Source: Mantamonas sphyraenae STR306
Lineage: Eukaryota > Protista > CRuMs
Length of the DNA stretch: 64,000 nt
Assembly (NCBI GenBank): GCA_026936335.1
Contig: JAPMXV010000076.1
Coordinates: 1 to 64,000 of the forward strand
Direction: 5' to 3'
This document shows, piece after piece, positions 49,155 through 59,921 of the stretch. The first letter of the stretch is position 1; each line of letters opens with the position of its first letter. The notes below the pieces were generated by a model, which did not search any database, was not told where the DNA came from, and saw nothing but the letters and a program-made list of their open reading frames with translations. The position numbers and the translations under genes were made by a program.

Positions 49155-49415
49155 CTCACGTGCCACTGCACAGCCCATCAGACTCCAGACTCAATGCCAC
49201 CCCGCATATGGGTGGTTGCCATCCATGGTATCAGCGACAAGACACAAGAATGTGTTTGTGACGCACACAGTGTCGGTTTCCATTTTGGCCAGATTTTGGC
49301 AGATTTTGGCAGATTTTGGCTCAATTTGCTCGATTTTTGCTCGATTTTTGCTCGATTTTGGCTCGGCCATGGCCCGGCCCTTTCGCTCCTTTTTTGATTG
49401 AACTTTGGCCCAGCG
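49155..49415 (+). repeat. Dispersed noncoding element, copy 4, with AGATTTTGGC / GCTCGATTTTT microrepeats
   Basis: Closest in sequence to copy 3. Confidence 0.88.
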
Positions 49416-49708
49416 CCCGCCACATGCCGGGTTTCCCCCATATTGTCCGACACAGGTTGGAACATGTGCTGCACCAGAACAACACATTGCAAGCATGGCA
49501 CGGCCACTTGATACTCTTTTGCTGCGTCGGAGGAAGAAAGGTGTGGTGTCGACCCCCTTTGCTTGCACATTGCCAATCGAGTGAACAAAGGCATTTCCAC
49601 CGCCACTGCCCATGCCAGATCTGCGTTCTTGGTGGTGGTGGATGGATGGGGTGTGCCATGCGACGGGTGTGACACAACAACACGAAACACACACAGAGTG
49701 GGGGGACA

Positions 49709-51835
49709 ATGAGCACAATCGCACGGGGCAAGGGCAAGGGCAAGGCAGGCAGCAGCAGCAACACCAACCATGGGATGGGCAGTGCGCATGGTCTGTCCAC
49801 AGATGGACCTGACCATTACCTGCAGTCGGAGCGCACAAAGGCGTACGGCCCTCTTTCGCCGCTGCAGGGCAAGGCAGGACCCGACACATCGCCGGCAGTG
49901 CGCACGCTGTATCATGACATGTACAAGAGTGGCCTGTGTGCCGATGTGGAGATTGTGCTGGAAGAACTGGATGGGGCGGGTGAGTTGGAGGAGGAAGGGG
50001 AAGAAACGAGAAGCAAAAGCAAAAAGCGGGGCAGCAGAGTGGCACACACACACACACACACTGTGGGTAGCTGACACCAAAAGGGGGGAAATTGGATGAC
50101 GAATGATGACGGGACACACGTACCCGACAGATGGGGAGCAGTTGGGTGGGAAGGATGTGGTGCTTCGTGCACACCGTTCGTTTCTGTGTCTGCACAGCGG
50201 AATGTGGCGGTATCTGCTGGAGGTTGAGGACGGGGCAACAGCGTCGTCGGGGGCAGCGGTGTTGGAACACAGCCGGGAGGATGGACAGGGAGGAGGGATG
50301 TTTCGAATGGTGGTGAAGCGGGGCACACAGAGTGTGGGTGTGTTGCGTGCAATGGAAGTGGCTGTGGGGTGGTGCTACGGCGGTACCCTGCCTGTGACCA
50401 ACGTGGAGCTGTGTTACAGTCTGTTGGCCGTGGCACAGTTCTGGCTGATGCCCATGCTGACGGAGCATGTGATGCAGTGGATGGGACAGGAGCATGATGC
50501 AGAGACACTGGTGAGGATGTGTCGTGGGGGCAGTCGCGTGGGGGCCATGGGCGTCGCCGAGGTGGTGCACTCCAATGTGTACCATGCGAGTGTGTTGCGG
50601 GTGGCAAAGGAGTGGAGCAAGGTGGCAGATGCGGTGAGTGGTGGCAAGGTGGCACGTGGGGCGTTTGGGTTTATGCGGGGCTGTGTGTTTGTGGCGATGG
50701 TCAAGGTGGCGTTGGAGCAGCATGGGGAGAAGAGAGTGGACAAGAGGAAGCTGGCACAGGTGGTGGGTGGGTATTTGGAGAGTGTGGATGTGGAGGAGAT
50801 GGTGGAGGCGGAGGAGGTGGAGTACTTGAGTGGATTATTGGACGGCGTGAGGCATGACGAGGAGATGGGACTGCTGAAGGCGGCACTGGCAACAGGTGCG
50901 AGTGAGGAAGTGGTGAGAGGACTGTGTGTGACCATTGCAGGGAAGCTGGATGATCTTCGGGAGGATGGGCGTGTGAACATGAGCGGGCTGCCGGTGTGGG
51001 TGGCGGAGCTGATTCTGAGTGCCGATGGGATCAAGGTGAAGAGTGAGGACGATGTGCTGGAGATTGTGGAGAGATATGTGGAGGAACATAATGGGGAGGA
51101 GGAGGAGGAAGGGTGGGAGAGGCGGATGTATGGGTGTGTGCGGTTTGGTCTGCTGAGTCCGGAACGTCTGGAAGGGATGCAGGTGGACGGAGAGTGGGAC
51201 ACGCGGTATGTGGACTGGGTGGTGTTGATGAATGGTATGTTAGATGTGCTGCGCATAAGCAAGGGCCAGGACCCAGTCCACAACAAGAACCGAGAACTTG
51301 TCGAAGCAATTGTCCCAAGCCTGGACTGGGACCGGGTCAACCGAAGCCGAGGAACATTCACGGAGGACAGTCTGGAAGAGACTGGATATGATTGGAGAAC
51401 ATGGGTTGGCAAGAAGAAGCTGCGCTCGGGACAGCGATGGAGCGTGCGAGTGGACAGATTGGACGCCAACTCCATCGGAATCTGCAACGGCACCTGTGAT
51501 CTCAGAAGCAGCGCAGTTGGTAAGTCACAACATCTCAGAAGCACCATACACCGATTACTGACACCACGTGGCTCACAGGGGGCAGTCAGGGAAGCTACAG
51601 CTGGTACATATGGGGCTCGAGTGGACAGACGTACGAAAATGGAAGCTACACCAACATCACCACGCGCTTCAAGCAAGGCGACATTGTGACGGTGGAGCTG
51701 GACACCAGGGCCCACACACTGACCTTCTCCCGCAATGGCAATGTCGACGTCACCATCGACAACATTGACGACGATTGTTGGTACCCTGCCTTCAGCTGCT
51801 ACGAATCCAAGATGACCATTGTGCCGACACCATAG
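49709..51835 (+). CDS. BTB-BACK-SPRY protein. Exons 49709-49979, 50131-51519, 51579-51835
   Basis: ADVEIVL..LRAHRSFLCLHS (BTB) and KSEDDVLEIVERY..VRFGLL (BACK). The last exon, after a GTAAGT..tactgac..CAG intron, reads FKQGDIVTVELDTRAHTLTFSRNG..WYPAFS (SPRY). Confidence 0.9.
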
Positions 51836-52497
51836 GACCAATGAAGGGATTCTGTACCATCACTGTGTCTCTGATGATGACACACGCACAATCCCACCAT
51901 GGTCACCAGATCCATGCCTGCCACACCCGTCATCGGCTCTCCTCCACGTGCTATCTCAGCATGCCCTGAATCCATCCAAGAACTCGATACGGATGATAAT
52001 GGGAGATGGAAGAGTGGCTTACGGTGCCTTGCAACGGTACCTGAGGTGGAATGGCACATGCTGAACGAGCATAATGCCGTGTCGGTGCATGGCAGCAGAC
52101 AGTTCCATTCGACGACTCCTGCTCTTCACGCTGCACGTACTGCATCTCATCAACACCCATATCGAGAGCGGAGGAGTGACGACACAGGCATGGAGGACAA
52201 CGGCGTGGAAACTCGACAACAACCGCGTTCCACACCCACATGAGCCACATCCTTGGACGAGGGAAGTGACAACAGCACATACTGCATACACTCATCCATT
52301 ATTTATCCACAACCTTGCAAGACAGATCATCCTGGGCATCCATGGCTTCCCCGTGTGACACAAGGCCCCACTCCCATCCAACCCCATCCCCCCTTGTGCA
52401 ACACCCTCTCTCTCCTTCTCTTTTGTGCCAACAACAACGATTGAAATGGTTTTGTGTCACCCTCACACCTTCATTGCCCCCTCCCCCTCCCCTCCCG

Positions 52498-53679
52498 TCA
52501 TGTGCTGTGCCCACCATGTGCCTCCCGCATGTGGTCATACGTGGCCGCACTTGTGGTGAAGCCAACGCCACACTTGTAGCACACATGGGTGCCACACACA
52601 CACGCCACATGGTTGCACCCGCTCTCCTTGGCCAGCCCATGCCCACACGTGGGACACTGCCTCCACCCACTGCCTCGCCACAGCATCCCCAGCAGCTCAT
52701 CCCCACGTCGGTTGTCCCTTGCCCACTGCTGGTACTTGCGACAGTCATGGTTGCCCCTTCCGTCGTCATCCCAGTGCACCTTGCACCCGTGGCACCACGC
52801 CTTGCCACATCGCTCACACTCGCATCGTGTGCTGCCCTGTCTCCGTGCCACCGCAGGATCCACCTTGCCCTCGCAGTCTGGCGTCACACACGCATGCCAC
52901 TTGGATGTGCGCACATCCCATGCCAGCTTGGCCAGCGCCTCCTTGTCCCGCTTGCTCTGCAGCACCCTCATCGCCGTCTTGGTCGACACCCTCACCTCCT
53001 TCTTCTTCTGCTGCCCCTTCCCACCCGCCCAGCACATGCGACAGCGCAGAGGCATCATCCGCGACTCCACCTGCGCTGCAATGTCCATCCTGGCACAGTC
53101 CAGACACATCCTGTGCTCGCATCGGGTGCCCAGAAAGGCCATCCCACTCTGCTCCTTGCTCTCCTCGCACACAGCGCAAGGGTAGCAGTGGTGGAACTTG
53201 CACTGGTCTCCGTGCTTGCAATCCTCCCCATGCTTGCACACACGCACTCCCTCGGCCCCACACGCCTTGCATCCTCCCATGCTCTTGCTCTTGCTCCTGG
53301 TCTTGCTCTTGCTCATCTCCACCTGTGTCTTGCTGCCTGCCCGTGTGCTCAGTGTCACTGTGCTCCGTCCCATGTGCACCTGTGTCACGCAGTGGTGGTC
53401 GCGGCATCGCTCTGGGCCGTACCGACACTTCTCGCCCCATGTGCAGTTCTTGTCCTTGGTCGTCTTTGCCCTGCATGTCCCACACACCCTCATCCTCCTG
53501 GTGCTGCTGCTGCTGCTGCTCTTGCGCTGTGTCTGCTCCTTGTCTGTGTCTGTGGTGCTGGTGGTTGTGCAGTGGTGGTTGCGACACTCCCCGGGGCCAA
53601 ATCGGCACCGTGTGCCCCAGGTGCAGTTCTTCGGCTTGTCCGTCTGTGTTCCGCATGTGTTGCATGTGCGTGTGCTCAT
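52498..53679 (-). CDS. RBR (RING-IBR-RING) E3 ubiquitin ligase with three N-terminal Cys/His modules
   Basis: RING1 CAVC..CEHRMCLDC..CRMC; IBR CVTPDC..CERCGKAWCHGC..H..C; RING2 CPTC..GCNHVACVCGTHVCYKC with the catalytic Cys motif. Start ATG 53679 (MSTRTC) is inferred from the paralogous start of the vWA gene. Confidence 0.92.
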   Translation of the reverse strand: MSTRTCNTCGTQTDKPKNCTWGTRCRFGPGECRNHHCTTTSTTDTDKEQTQRKSSSSSSTRRMRVCGTCRAKTTKDKNCTWGEKCRYGPERCRDHHCVTQVHMGRSTVTLSTRAGSKTQVEMSKSKTRSKSKSMGGCKACGAEGVRVCKHGEDCKHGDQCKFHHCYPCAVCEESKEQSGMAFLGTRCEHRMCLDCARMDIAAQVESRMMPLRCRMCWAGGKGQQKKKEVRVSTKTAMRVLQSKRDKEALAKLAWDVRTSKWHACVTPDCEGKVDPAVARRQGSTRCECERCGKAWCHGCKVHWDDDGRGNHDCRKYQQWARDNRRGDELLGMLWRGSGWRQCPTCGHGLAKESGCNHVACVCGTHVCYKCGVGFTTSAATYDHMREAHGGHST

Positions 53680-53884
53680 CCTGGGATTGAGTTGGTGTGG
53701 ACATCGCATCGCCATCCTGGTCGCTTTTCCCTTTGCAGTGTGAGTGTGTGTGTGCAGTTGCGGAGAGTGCAGTGTTTGTGTGCAGTAGCCGAATTTCCTG
53801 GGGCCCTGTTCAAAAATCCGCGCACCGCCCACTGCCCCCACCCACCCAACCCAACCCAACCCAACCCAACACACACACCCAACC
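53680..53884. promoter_or_regulatory. Putative bidirectional promoter between the divergent RBR and vWA genes
   Basis: 205-bp gap between two divergent ATGs. Function is inferred from geometry only. Confidence 0.5.
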
Positions 53885-54910
53885 ATGAGCACACGCACAT
53901 GCAACACATGCGGAACACAGACGGACAAGCCCCAGGACTGCACATGGGGCACACGGTGCCGATTTGGCGCCGAGAGGTGTCGCGACCACCACTGCACAAC
54001 CACCAGCACCAACACAACCAACACCGCCGCCGCCGCCGCCAAGACGACCAAGGCAAAGCCAGGAAGGAGCATGACCCACCGAAGCAGCAAGATCACCACG
54101 GAGAAGAAGCGAGTGGCCAAGGCGCCGTTTGACCTGGTCTTCCTGGTCGACACGAGCACGTCCATGCAGGGCGATCGCATGTCTGCAGCCGCCGCTGGGT
54201 TCCGCGCCGTTGTGGGTGCCCTGCGCGATTGCGACCGGGTGAGCCTGTACACCTTTGCGGACAAGGTGAGGAGGGTGTTTGGGCCACTCAAGGCAGCCAA
54301 GGTGGATCTGGACAAGGCGGTGGGCACGCTGGAGGAGGCGTGTGGCAGCCATGGCAGTGGGGTGGAGCAGTTGCTGCAGGCACGGATGACGGATGAGGAT
54401 CTGGCGAGGGTGTTGCGGGATCAGGCAGGCAGCAGTGCCTTCCAGCCGGACGGATACACGGCGCTGTACGACGGCATGGACACGGTGATGGACGCCATGG
54501 CACAGTGGCAGACACGGAGCAACGCAGGAAAGAGTGCAGGCGCCAACCTGGTGGTGATCACCGATGGGGAGGACACGGCGTCGGTGCAGGCTGGGGCCAG
54601 GGACGTGACAGCCAAGCTGGGGGCAAGTGGCATCCGCAACTTTCACATGCACTTTGTGGGAGTGGGGCTGGACAGGAGGACGGGGGCACGGTATGCCAGC
54701 ATGTGCAAGGCGTGGACACACACACGCATGTGGCACAGCAAGGACGCAGAGGATCTGGGCACTCATCTGAAGCGGATCAGCACGATGGTGGTGGAGCAGA
54801 TGGTGCAGGAGGACAGAGAGGTCAAGGTGCATGTGCGCGAGCGACGCAGGCGCAAGGTGATTGGCCAGCGAAGGGTCAAGGACGATGGGGAGGGCAGTGG
54901 GAGGAAGTGA
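53885..54910 (+). CDS. von Willebrand factor A domain protein with N-terminal Cys/His module
   Basis: MIDAS motifs LVFLVDTSTSM (DxSxS), GYTALYD and VVITDGED. Confidence 0.92.
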   Translation: MSTRTCNTCGTQTDKPQDCTWGTRCRFGAERCRDHHCTTTSTNTTNTAAAAAKTTKAKPGRSMTHRSSKITTEKKRVAKAPFDLVFLVDTSTSMQGDRMSAAAAGFRAVVGALRDCDRVSLYTFADKVRRVFGPLKAAKVDLDKAVGTLEEACGSHGSGVEQLLQARMTDEDLARVLRDQAGSSAFQPDGYTALYDGMDTVMDAMAQWQTRSNAGKSAGANLVVITDGEDTASVQAGARDVTAKLGASGIRNFHMHFVGVGLDRRTGARYASMCKAWTHTRMWHSKDAEDLGTHLKRISTMVVEQMVQEDREVKVHVRERRRRKVIGQRRVKDDGEGSGRK

Positions 54911-55185
54911 AGAAATGCAGGAGAATGGCACACACACACACACACATTCATGCAGAGAGGGAGAGAGAGGAGGAGGAGGAGGTGTGTATTTGGACACTTG
55001 CAATGGGTACGGATGGGCATGTGTGTGGAGATGGAAAACTGGGGTTGGGCCAATCGCCACACACACACCAACTGCACATGGAGTCCCAAATGGGAGGTTG
55101 AACACATCACTTTACCTCTGAGCACTCGGGTGTCTGTGTGCACACGACTCCATGTTCCACTGCCTCGACACACCCAGGGCACAGC

Positions 55186-55870
55186 ATCCACACACACACA
55201 AATATGGACAATGGCCATTGGCACCTGTTCGTTCCTATGGGGGGTGGCACCCAAATCAGCATCCAACCCGGTAAAGGCCACCCACCGCCCCCTTGGATGG
55301 CGACGACGGCACGCAGTTGACTGCATGCAGTGGCCACCACAAAAGACAGGGTGCGGCTGCCATGTGCACAGAGTCAGCCAACCCAACTGACAACCACCCA
55401 CCATGTCCGGCAACCCATACCAGCGAGGATCCACTGCCTACCAGCGAGGACTGGCTGCTCACTACCGGCAGCAGGACGACAACCACCAGCGGACCATCCT
55501 GAGTCCCGGTGAGCGACGATGGGTCAACTACGCCATCCATGACCCATCCACGTCCCACAACCCTCGGGTAGAGCAGATGCTGCGCACCATCCAGGACCGA
55601 CATCCCAACCTGCGACGATGAGGCAGCGCCCGCCACCCACACACACACACACACACCCAATGCACACCCACATTCCCCCAACACCCTCCACTCTCTGTAA
55701 CCCATCCCAACCCATGGGCACACGTTCTCTTGCTCATGTCTTGATCCAACTTGTGCGAAAGTGCACACACTACTGGAGGAGAAGGGCGAGACCACATCCA
55801 TGTGGTCATCCATTGGGATCCATGTGTGCATTGATGGACACTTTGAATGGTGTGGGATGCATAGAATGCA
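55186..55870 (+). repeat. Direct repeat (~650 bp), copy 1 (partner about 57146-57786)
   Basis: Shares ccccttggatggcgacgac, catgtgcacagagtcagccaacccaactgacaacc and ggacactttgaatggtgtgggatgcatagaatgca. Confidence 0.9.
55403..55621 (+). CDS. Putative 72-aa microprotein, copy 1
   Basis: Start, frame and stop are kept in both repeat copies despite indels. Shared end DPSTSHNPRVxQMLRTIxDRHPNLRR. Confidence 0.5.
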   Translation: MSGNPYQRGSTAYQRGLAAHYRQQDDNHQRTILSPGERRWVNYAIHDPSTSHNPRVEQMLRTIQDRHPNLRR

Positions 55871-55943
55871 GGAGTAGGCCTGCACCCAAAATTGGACGAC
55901 TGCCCGAGGCCCAGACGCGCCCACCCTTGTCCAAATTGTACCC

Positions 55944-56552
55944 ATGTGCAATTGCAAAAGCGGGTGCAAGAACAAACGCTGCACGTGCGTTCGCAATGGC
56001 GATGTATGTGGCAACTCGTGCGGATGTACCAACTGCGAGAACAAAGGAGGAGGCTCTGTGGAGTCTTTGGAAGTTGCCCTCGGCGAGCTGAGCCTGTCGT
56101 CGAACAGCTCCGCAACTGAGTACGTCAAAGCGTACGCAAGCGTAAGTGGCAATCGAAAGATCTTTGAGATTCCCAAGGGCAAGGCATTGCCTGCAAAGGT
56201 GCCGGTGCAACTGGATGAAGAAGACCTTGTTGCCCACGTCAACGGTTCCTCGATGCACAAAAAGAACTGGAAGCAGTACTGGATCAAGATTGTTGAACTC
56301 AGCTGGCCATCCAAATGCCAAATCAAAGGCTGCGGCAACGAGGCTCAGGTCGGAGCACATGTGTACGTGAAGAGCGAACGGTACGTCATCGAGGCAAAGT
56401 CCGGAGACAAAGACCGGCTTCAGTTCATCCTCCCGACGTGCCGTTCATGCAACACCAACGGTGAGGGGAATTACTCTGAGTGGGTGGAACCCAACAAGGG
56501 GGCATGGGTTGCATCGTTGGAAGGCCATGACAACTGTTTTGATTGGTCCTGA
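55944..56552 (+). CDS. Protein with CRC/tesmin-like Cys cluster and a His-Me-finger (HNH-like) C-terminal domain
   Basis: CNCKSGCKNKRCTC..CGNSCGCTNCEN, then CQIKGC..VGAHV..ILPTCRSCN. Confidence 0.7.
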   Translation: MCNCKSGCKNKRCTCVRNGDVCGNSCGCTNCENKGGGSVESLEVALGELSLSSNSSATEYVKAYASVSGNRKIFEIPKGKALPAKVPVQLDEEDLVAHVNGSSMHKKNWKQYWIKIVELSWPSKCQIKGCGNEAQVGAHVYVKSERYVIEAKSGDKDRLQFILPTCRSCNTNGEGNYSEWVEPNKGAWVASLEGHDNCFDWS

Positions 56553-57145
56553 CCAACAAGGACCGCCCGAAAGAACACGCTGTTCTCCACCAAGGAGGGT
56601 CCTCTGTGGCCAGCACCGCACATGCAAGCGCGACTCTCAAGTGCCACCTGAATCCACAACGCAGAACCCCCACCCCCCCTTCCACAATGTCCACCAGCAC
56701 ATCCCCACCACTTCCATCCTATTCAGAACAGGTCGCTGCCGGAAGAACTGGGCACAATCTACCTCTGCTGCACCCTTGACGGGGTTTTCCAGCCCTGCAA
56801 GCTCGCCCAGGCGGACTCGATATCTACGACACCACCAGCCAGTATCAGTTCAACATGTCTCTCGTGCGATGCCAACTGCCGCCCAATGGGTGCACTACCA
56901 ACGATCAGGAGGAGCACGCTCAGACTTGCGCAAAAAGATGCGAACGCGCGAACTACGAGATGAGCAATAGCCAGGAGTTTGGATAAACCCAGCGTGTGTG
57001 TATTACGAAGAAGGGGGTGGGAACGACGCTCATTCAAACCATTGTGTCAATGACGATGGACAATCGGCCACGGAAGCTGGCCGTCCACATTCCCACTTTC
57101 ACCCGTGCTGTTCCGTTCTCGCCGAGACTAAACTCTGGCACAGTG

Positions 57146-57786
57146 TACACACACACACAAATGGACTGTGGCCACTGGTAACTGTTCGTGCGAGAGACAC
57201 GCTGGTCAGGGAATTCAACCCAGCAAGGCCACCCACCGCCCCCTTGGATGGCGACGACAGCACGCAGTTGACTGCGTGCAGTGGCCATCACAAAAGACAA
57301 GGTGCGGCTGACATGTGCACAGAGTCAGCCAACCCAACTGACAACCACCCACCATGTCCGGCTACCCATACCACACCACATTCGGGTGCATTTCCCACCA
57401 GCCAGGATCGGCTGCTCAATACCGGCAGCAGGACCACTATCGGACTGAACGAGTCCACTACCCCTTCCGTGACCCATCCACGTCCCACAACCCTCGGGTA
57501 GCCCAGATGCTGCGCACCATCGAGGACCGACATCCCAACCTGCGACGATGAGGCAGCGCACACCCACCCTCACACACACAATGCACACCCACATGACCCC
57601 ACACCAACACCCTACCTCTCTCTGTTACCCGTGTCACCCCGTCCCTGCTCATGTCTTGATCCAACTTGTGCGATGTGCACACACCACTAGAGGTGAAGGG
57701 GCGAGACCACATCCATGTAGTCATCCATTGGGTTCCATGTGTGCATGGATGGACACTTTGAATGGTGTGGGATGCATAGAATGCAC
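57146..57786 (+). repeat. Direct repeat (~650 bp), copy 2
   Basis: See 55186-55870. Confidence 0.9.
57354..57551 (+). CDS. Putative 65-aa microprotein, copy 2
   Basis: Paralogue of 55403..55621. Confidence 0.45.
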   Translation: MSGYPYHTTFGCISHQPGSAAQYRQQDHYRTERVHYPFRDPSTSHNPRVAQMLRTIEDRHPNLRR

Positions 57787-57996
57787 GAGTGCACTTGGAG
57801 GAGTTCACCCACTGTACAGCTGCTGCTGCAGGCGGCTCACCACGTCCAAAGGACATTTTATGGGAATTCTGTTTACGGTTCGAACGAGACATGCGTTGTG
57901 ATCCACACACAATGACATCACACAATCACACACACACTGCTGGCTTCCTTGTGAACGTGTCTCCCTTGTGAACCCCTCCCCCCCCCCTCCCAAGTG

Positions 57997-59562
57997 TCAA
58001 CGCTGCTTGCACGCCAGGGCCAGATGAACCACTCCTGCATCGTCCTGAAACGACGTCCGGGCCAGCGCCCATTGAGAATCACCGGTGATCTCCACGCCTG
58101 CCACCGCATCGGTGACCACACATGAGGGCAACCGCACACGGAAGGACCCACGACGGCGTTCCAGACCGAGAAGCACCCTGAGCTGCTTCAAATTGGCGGA
58201 TGCATCCACCTTGTGCCAGCTCTGCGATCCGGGGTGGTGCGACTGGTACGACATGGAGTGTTTGACCAGAACCTGCTGCACCTCACCCGCCACGGGGATG
58301 CCCTGCACTTGGATCTGCTCACCACTGCCCTCGATGGAACTGTTGCCATACACAGCCTTGATTGTGTACGTCCCCGTTTGGTGCACCGTCCACTGGGCCA
58401 CACAGCGTGACGCCTTTGCACACTCCACCGACCCGGCAAATCCGTCCATCGTCACACGCAGTGATGACAACACAATCTTGGGTCCGGGTCCCTCGATGTC
58501 CACCACAATGCGTGGCCATTGGAACGCGTTGCGTACCACGCGAGCACGCATGCGCAGATGGGTGGCGGTCAGCTGCACCATCCACTCTGGGAACGTCACC
58601 TTGACCAGACTCCATGGACGGTAGTCCCCCCGTGAGTCTCCCCTCTGCATCCACACAACCCCGTTGGAGGATTGCACAAACATCTTGTCATTGAGTCTTG
58701 GGAGGGCATGGCCGGTGCCATCGAGCAGAGATACGGCCCTCTGATTGGACGCTCTGTTCCCTTGGAGGACATAATCACCCACAATCATTCCGTAGATCTG
58801 CACCCTCGGTGGCACAATGCTCGTTGTGTTGTCCATGTGCACCAACACTCTGCCCGCCGATCGACTGTCCCCAAGCAGGCCAAGTTGAACATCAGGATCG
58901 GACGACTCCCACAGACCCAGCCACCTGACATCGTGCCGCACCGCCTCAAATTCCGACCCAATCCACGTCACCGTGGCATTGTTCACATCCACAAGCCACG
59001 CTGCAATGCCCTGCAACTCAGTCCAAGCCAGGTAGCGGCCGGCGGAAAGCTCACGCAGAAAAACATGGGTGGATTCGTCGATGAACCTGCGTCCGTCGAC
59101 GTCGCCAGCCACAGTCGTCCAGCGAACAGACTTGCATTCGATGTGATTGAGCCTGGTTTGTCGCAGCTGCACCAGGGTGATGGGAGCGTGTGAGCGGGGA
59201 ACGCCTTGTCTTCCGCGCGAAAACGCTGCGAGCACGGTGTCGTCCGACAACGGCGTCAAACGGTCCAGCACGTCCTTGATGTCACACGGCGACGACGATG
59301 ATGATGGTGCACCCTCCCACGACACAGGCGTCACCGAGTTGTCCTTCCATGACCATAGGGCGAGTTCATGGTTGGTGTCAGTGACCAGTGCGTTGTGAAA
59401 GGCTGCAAACTGCCTCAGAACACGTTGGTGTTTCCACATCTCCACACTCTCTTTCACATCCACCGTCATCTGCAGAGGGGTTTCGTCCAGGTGCGTCTCC
59501 CACGGCAACGCCAGGGCAATCGTCACCACGGCGATCAGAAGAACAAGCGCCGTGAGTTTCAT
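57997..59562 (-). CDS. Secreted or surface protein with signal peptide, beta-rich region and a filamin/Ig-like repeat
   Basis: MKLTALVLLIAVVTIALA signal. VDIEGP..GTYTIKAVYGNSSIEGS resembles a filamin-type Ig repeat. Confidence 0.75.
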   Translation of the reverse strand: MKLTALVLLIAVVTIALALPWETHLDETPLQMTVDVKESVEMWKHQRVLRQFAAFHNALVTDTNHELALWSWKDNSVTPVSWEGAPSSSSSPCDIKDVLDRLTPLSDDTVLAAFSRGRQGVPRSHAPITLVQLRQTRLNHIECKSVRWTTVAGDVDGRRFIDESTHVFLRELSAGRYLAWTELQGIAAWLVDVNNATVTWIGSEFEAVRHDVRWLGLWESSDPDVQLGLLGDSRSAGRVLVHMDNTTSIVPPRVQIYGMIVGDYVLQGNRASNQRAVSLLDGTGHALPRLNDKMFVQSSNGVVWMQRGDSRGDYRPWSLVKVTFPEWMVQLTATHLRMRARVVRNAFQWPRIVVDIEGPGPKIVLSSLRVTMDGFAGSVECAKASRCVAQWTVHQTGTYTIKAVYGNSSIEGSGEQIQVQGIPVAGEVQQVLVKHSMSYQSHHPGSQSWHKVDASANLKQLRVLLGLERRRGSFRVRLPSCVVTDAVAGVEITGDSQWALARTSFQDDAGVVHLALACKQR

Positions 59563-59921
59563 GTTGGGTCCGGCAGGGCAGAGCAGGGGCACGGTGGGAT
59601 GTCATGGAGTCTCACCATGTTACCTGCAGGTACGATTATGCAAACAATGTCCTTTCTCTGTCTTTTCCCGACAACTGCAAACGTGGCTGCAAAAAAAGGA
59701 AGATCTGCGGTACTGCGCCAACCCAGAGTGCAACGACGCCTCTTTGAGACCAATGCAGACGATGATGGAACATGCGTTCCAGTTCGTGTGTGGATAGACA
59801 CATCCCCATGTGTTGTCGTGCGCCGTGGTACACGAGGGGGGGATGTGAACGTGTGTGCAGCTGCCCAAGCGAAAGCACCCTCCATCCAGGGTGAGGCGTC
59901 CCTGAGCACCATCCGGAAGGT

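Noticed and set aside
52315-54327. 605-aa plus-strand ORF, and the 5' extension of the RBR ORF to 54327
   Set aside because: The plus ORF is the antisense of the RBR gene. The extension is the antisense of the vWA gene. The paired MSTRTC starts define the real genes.
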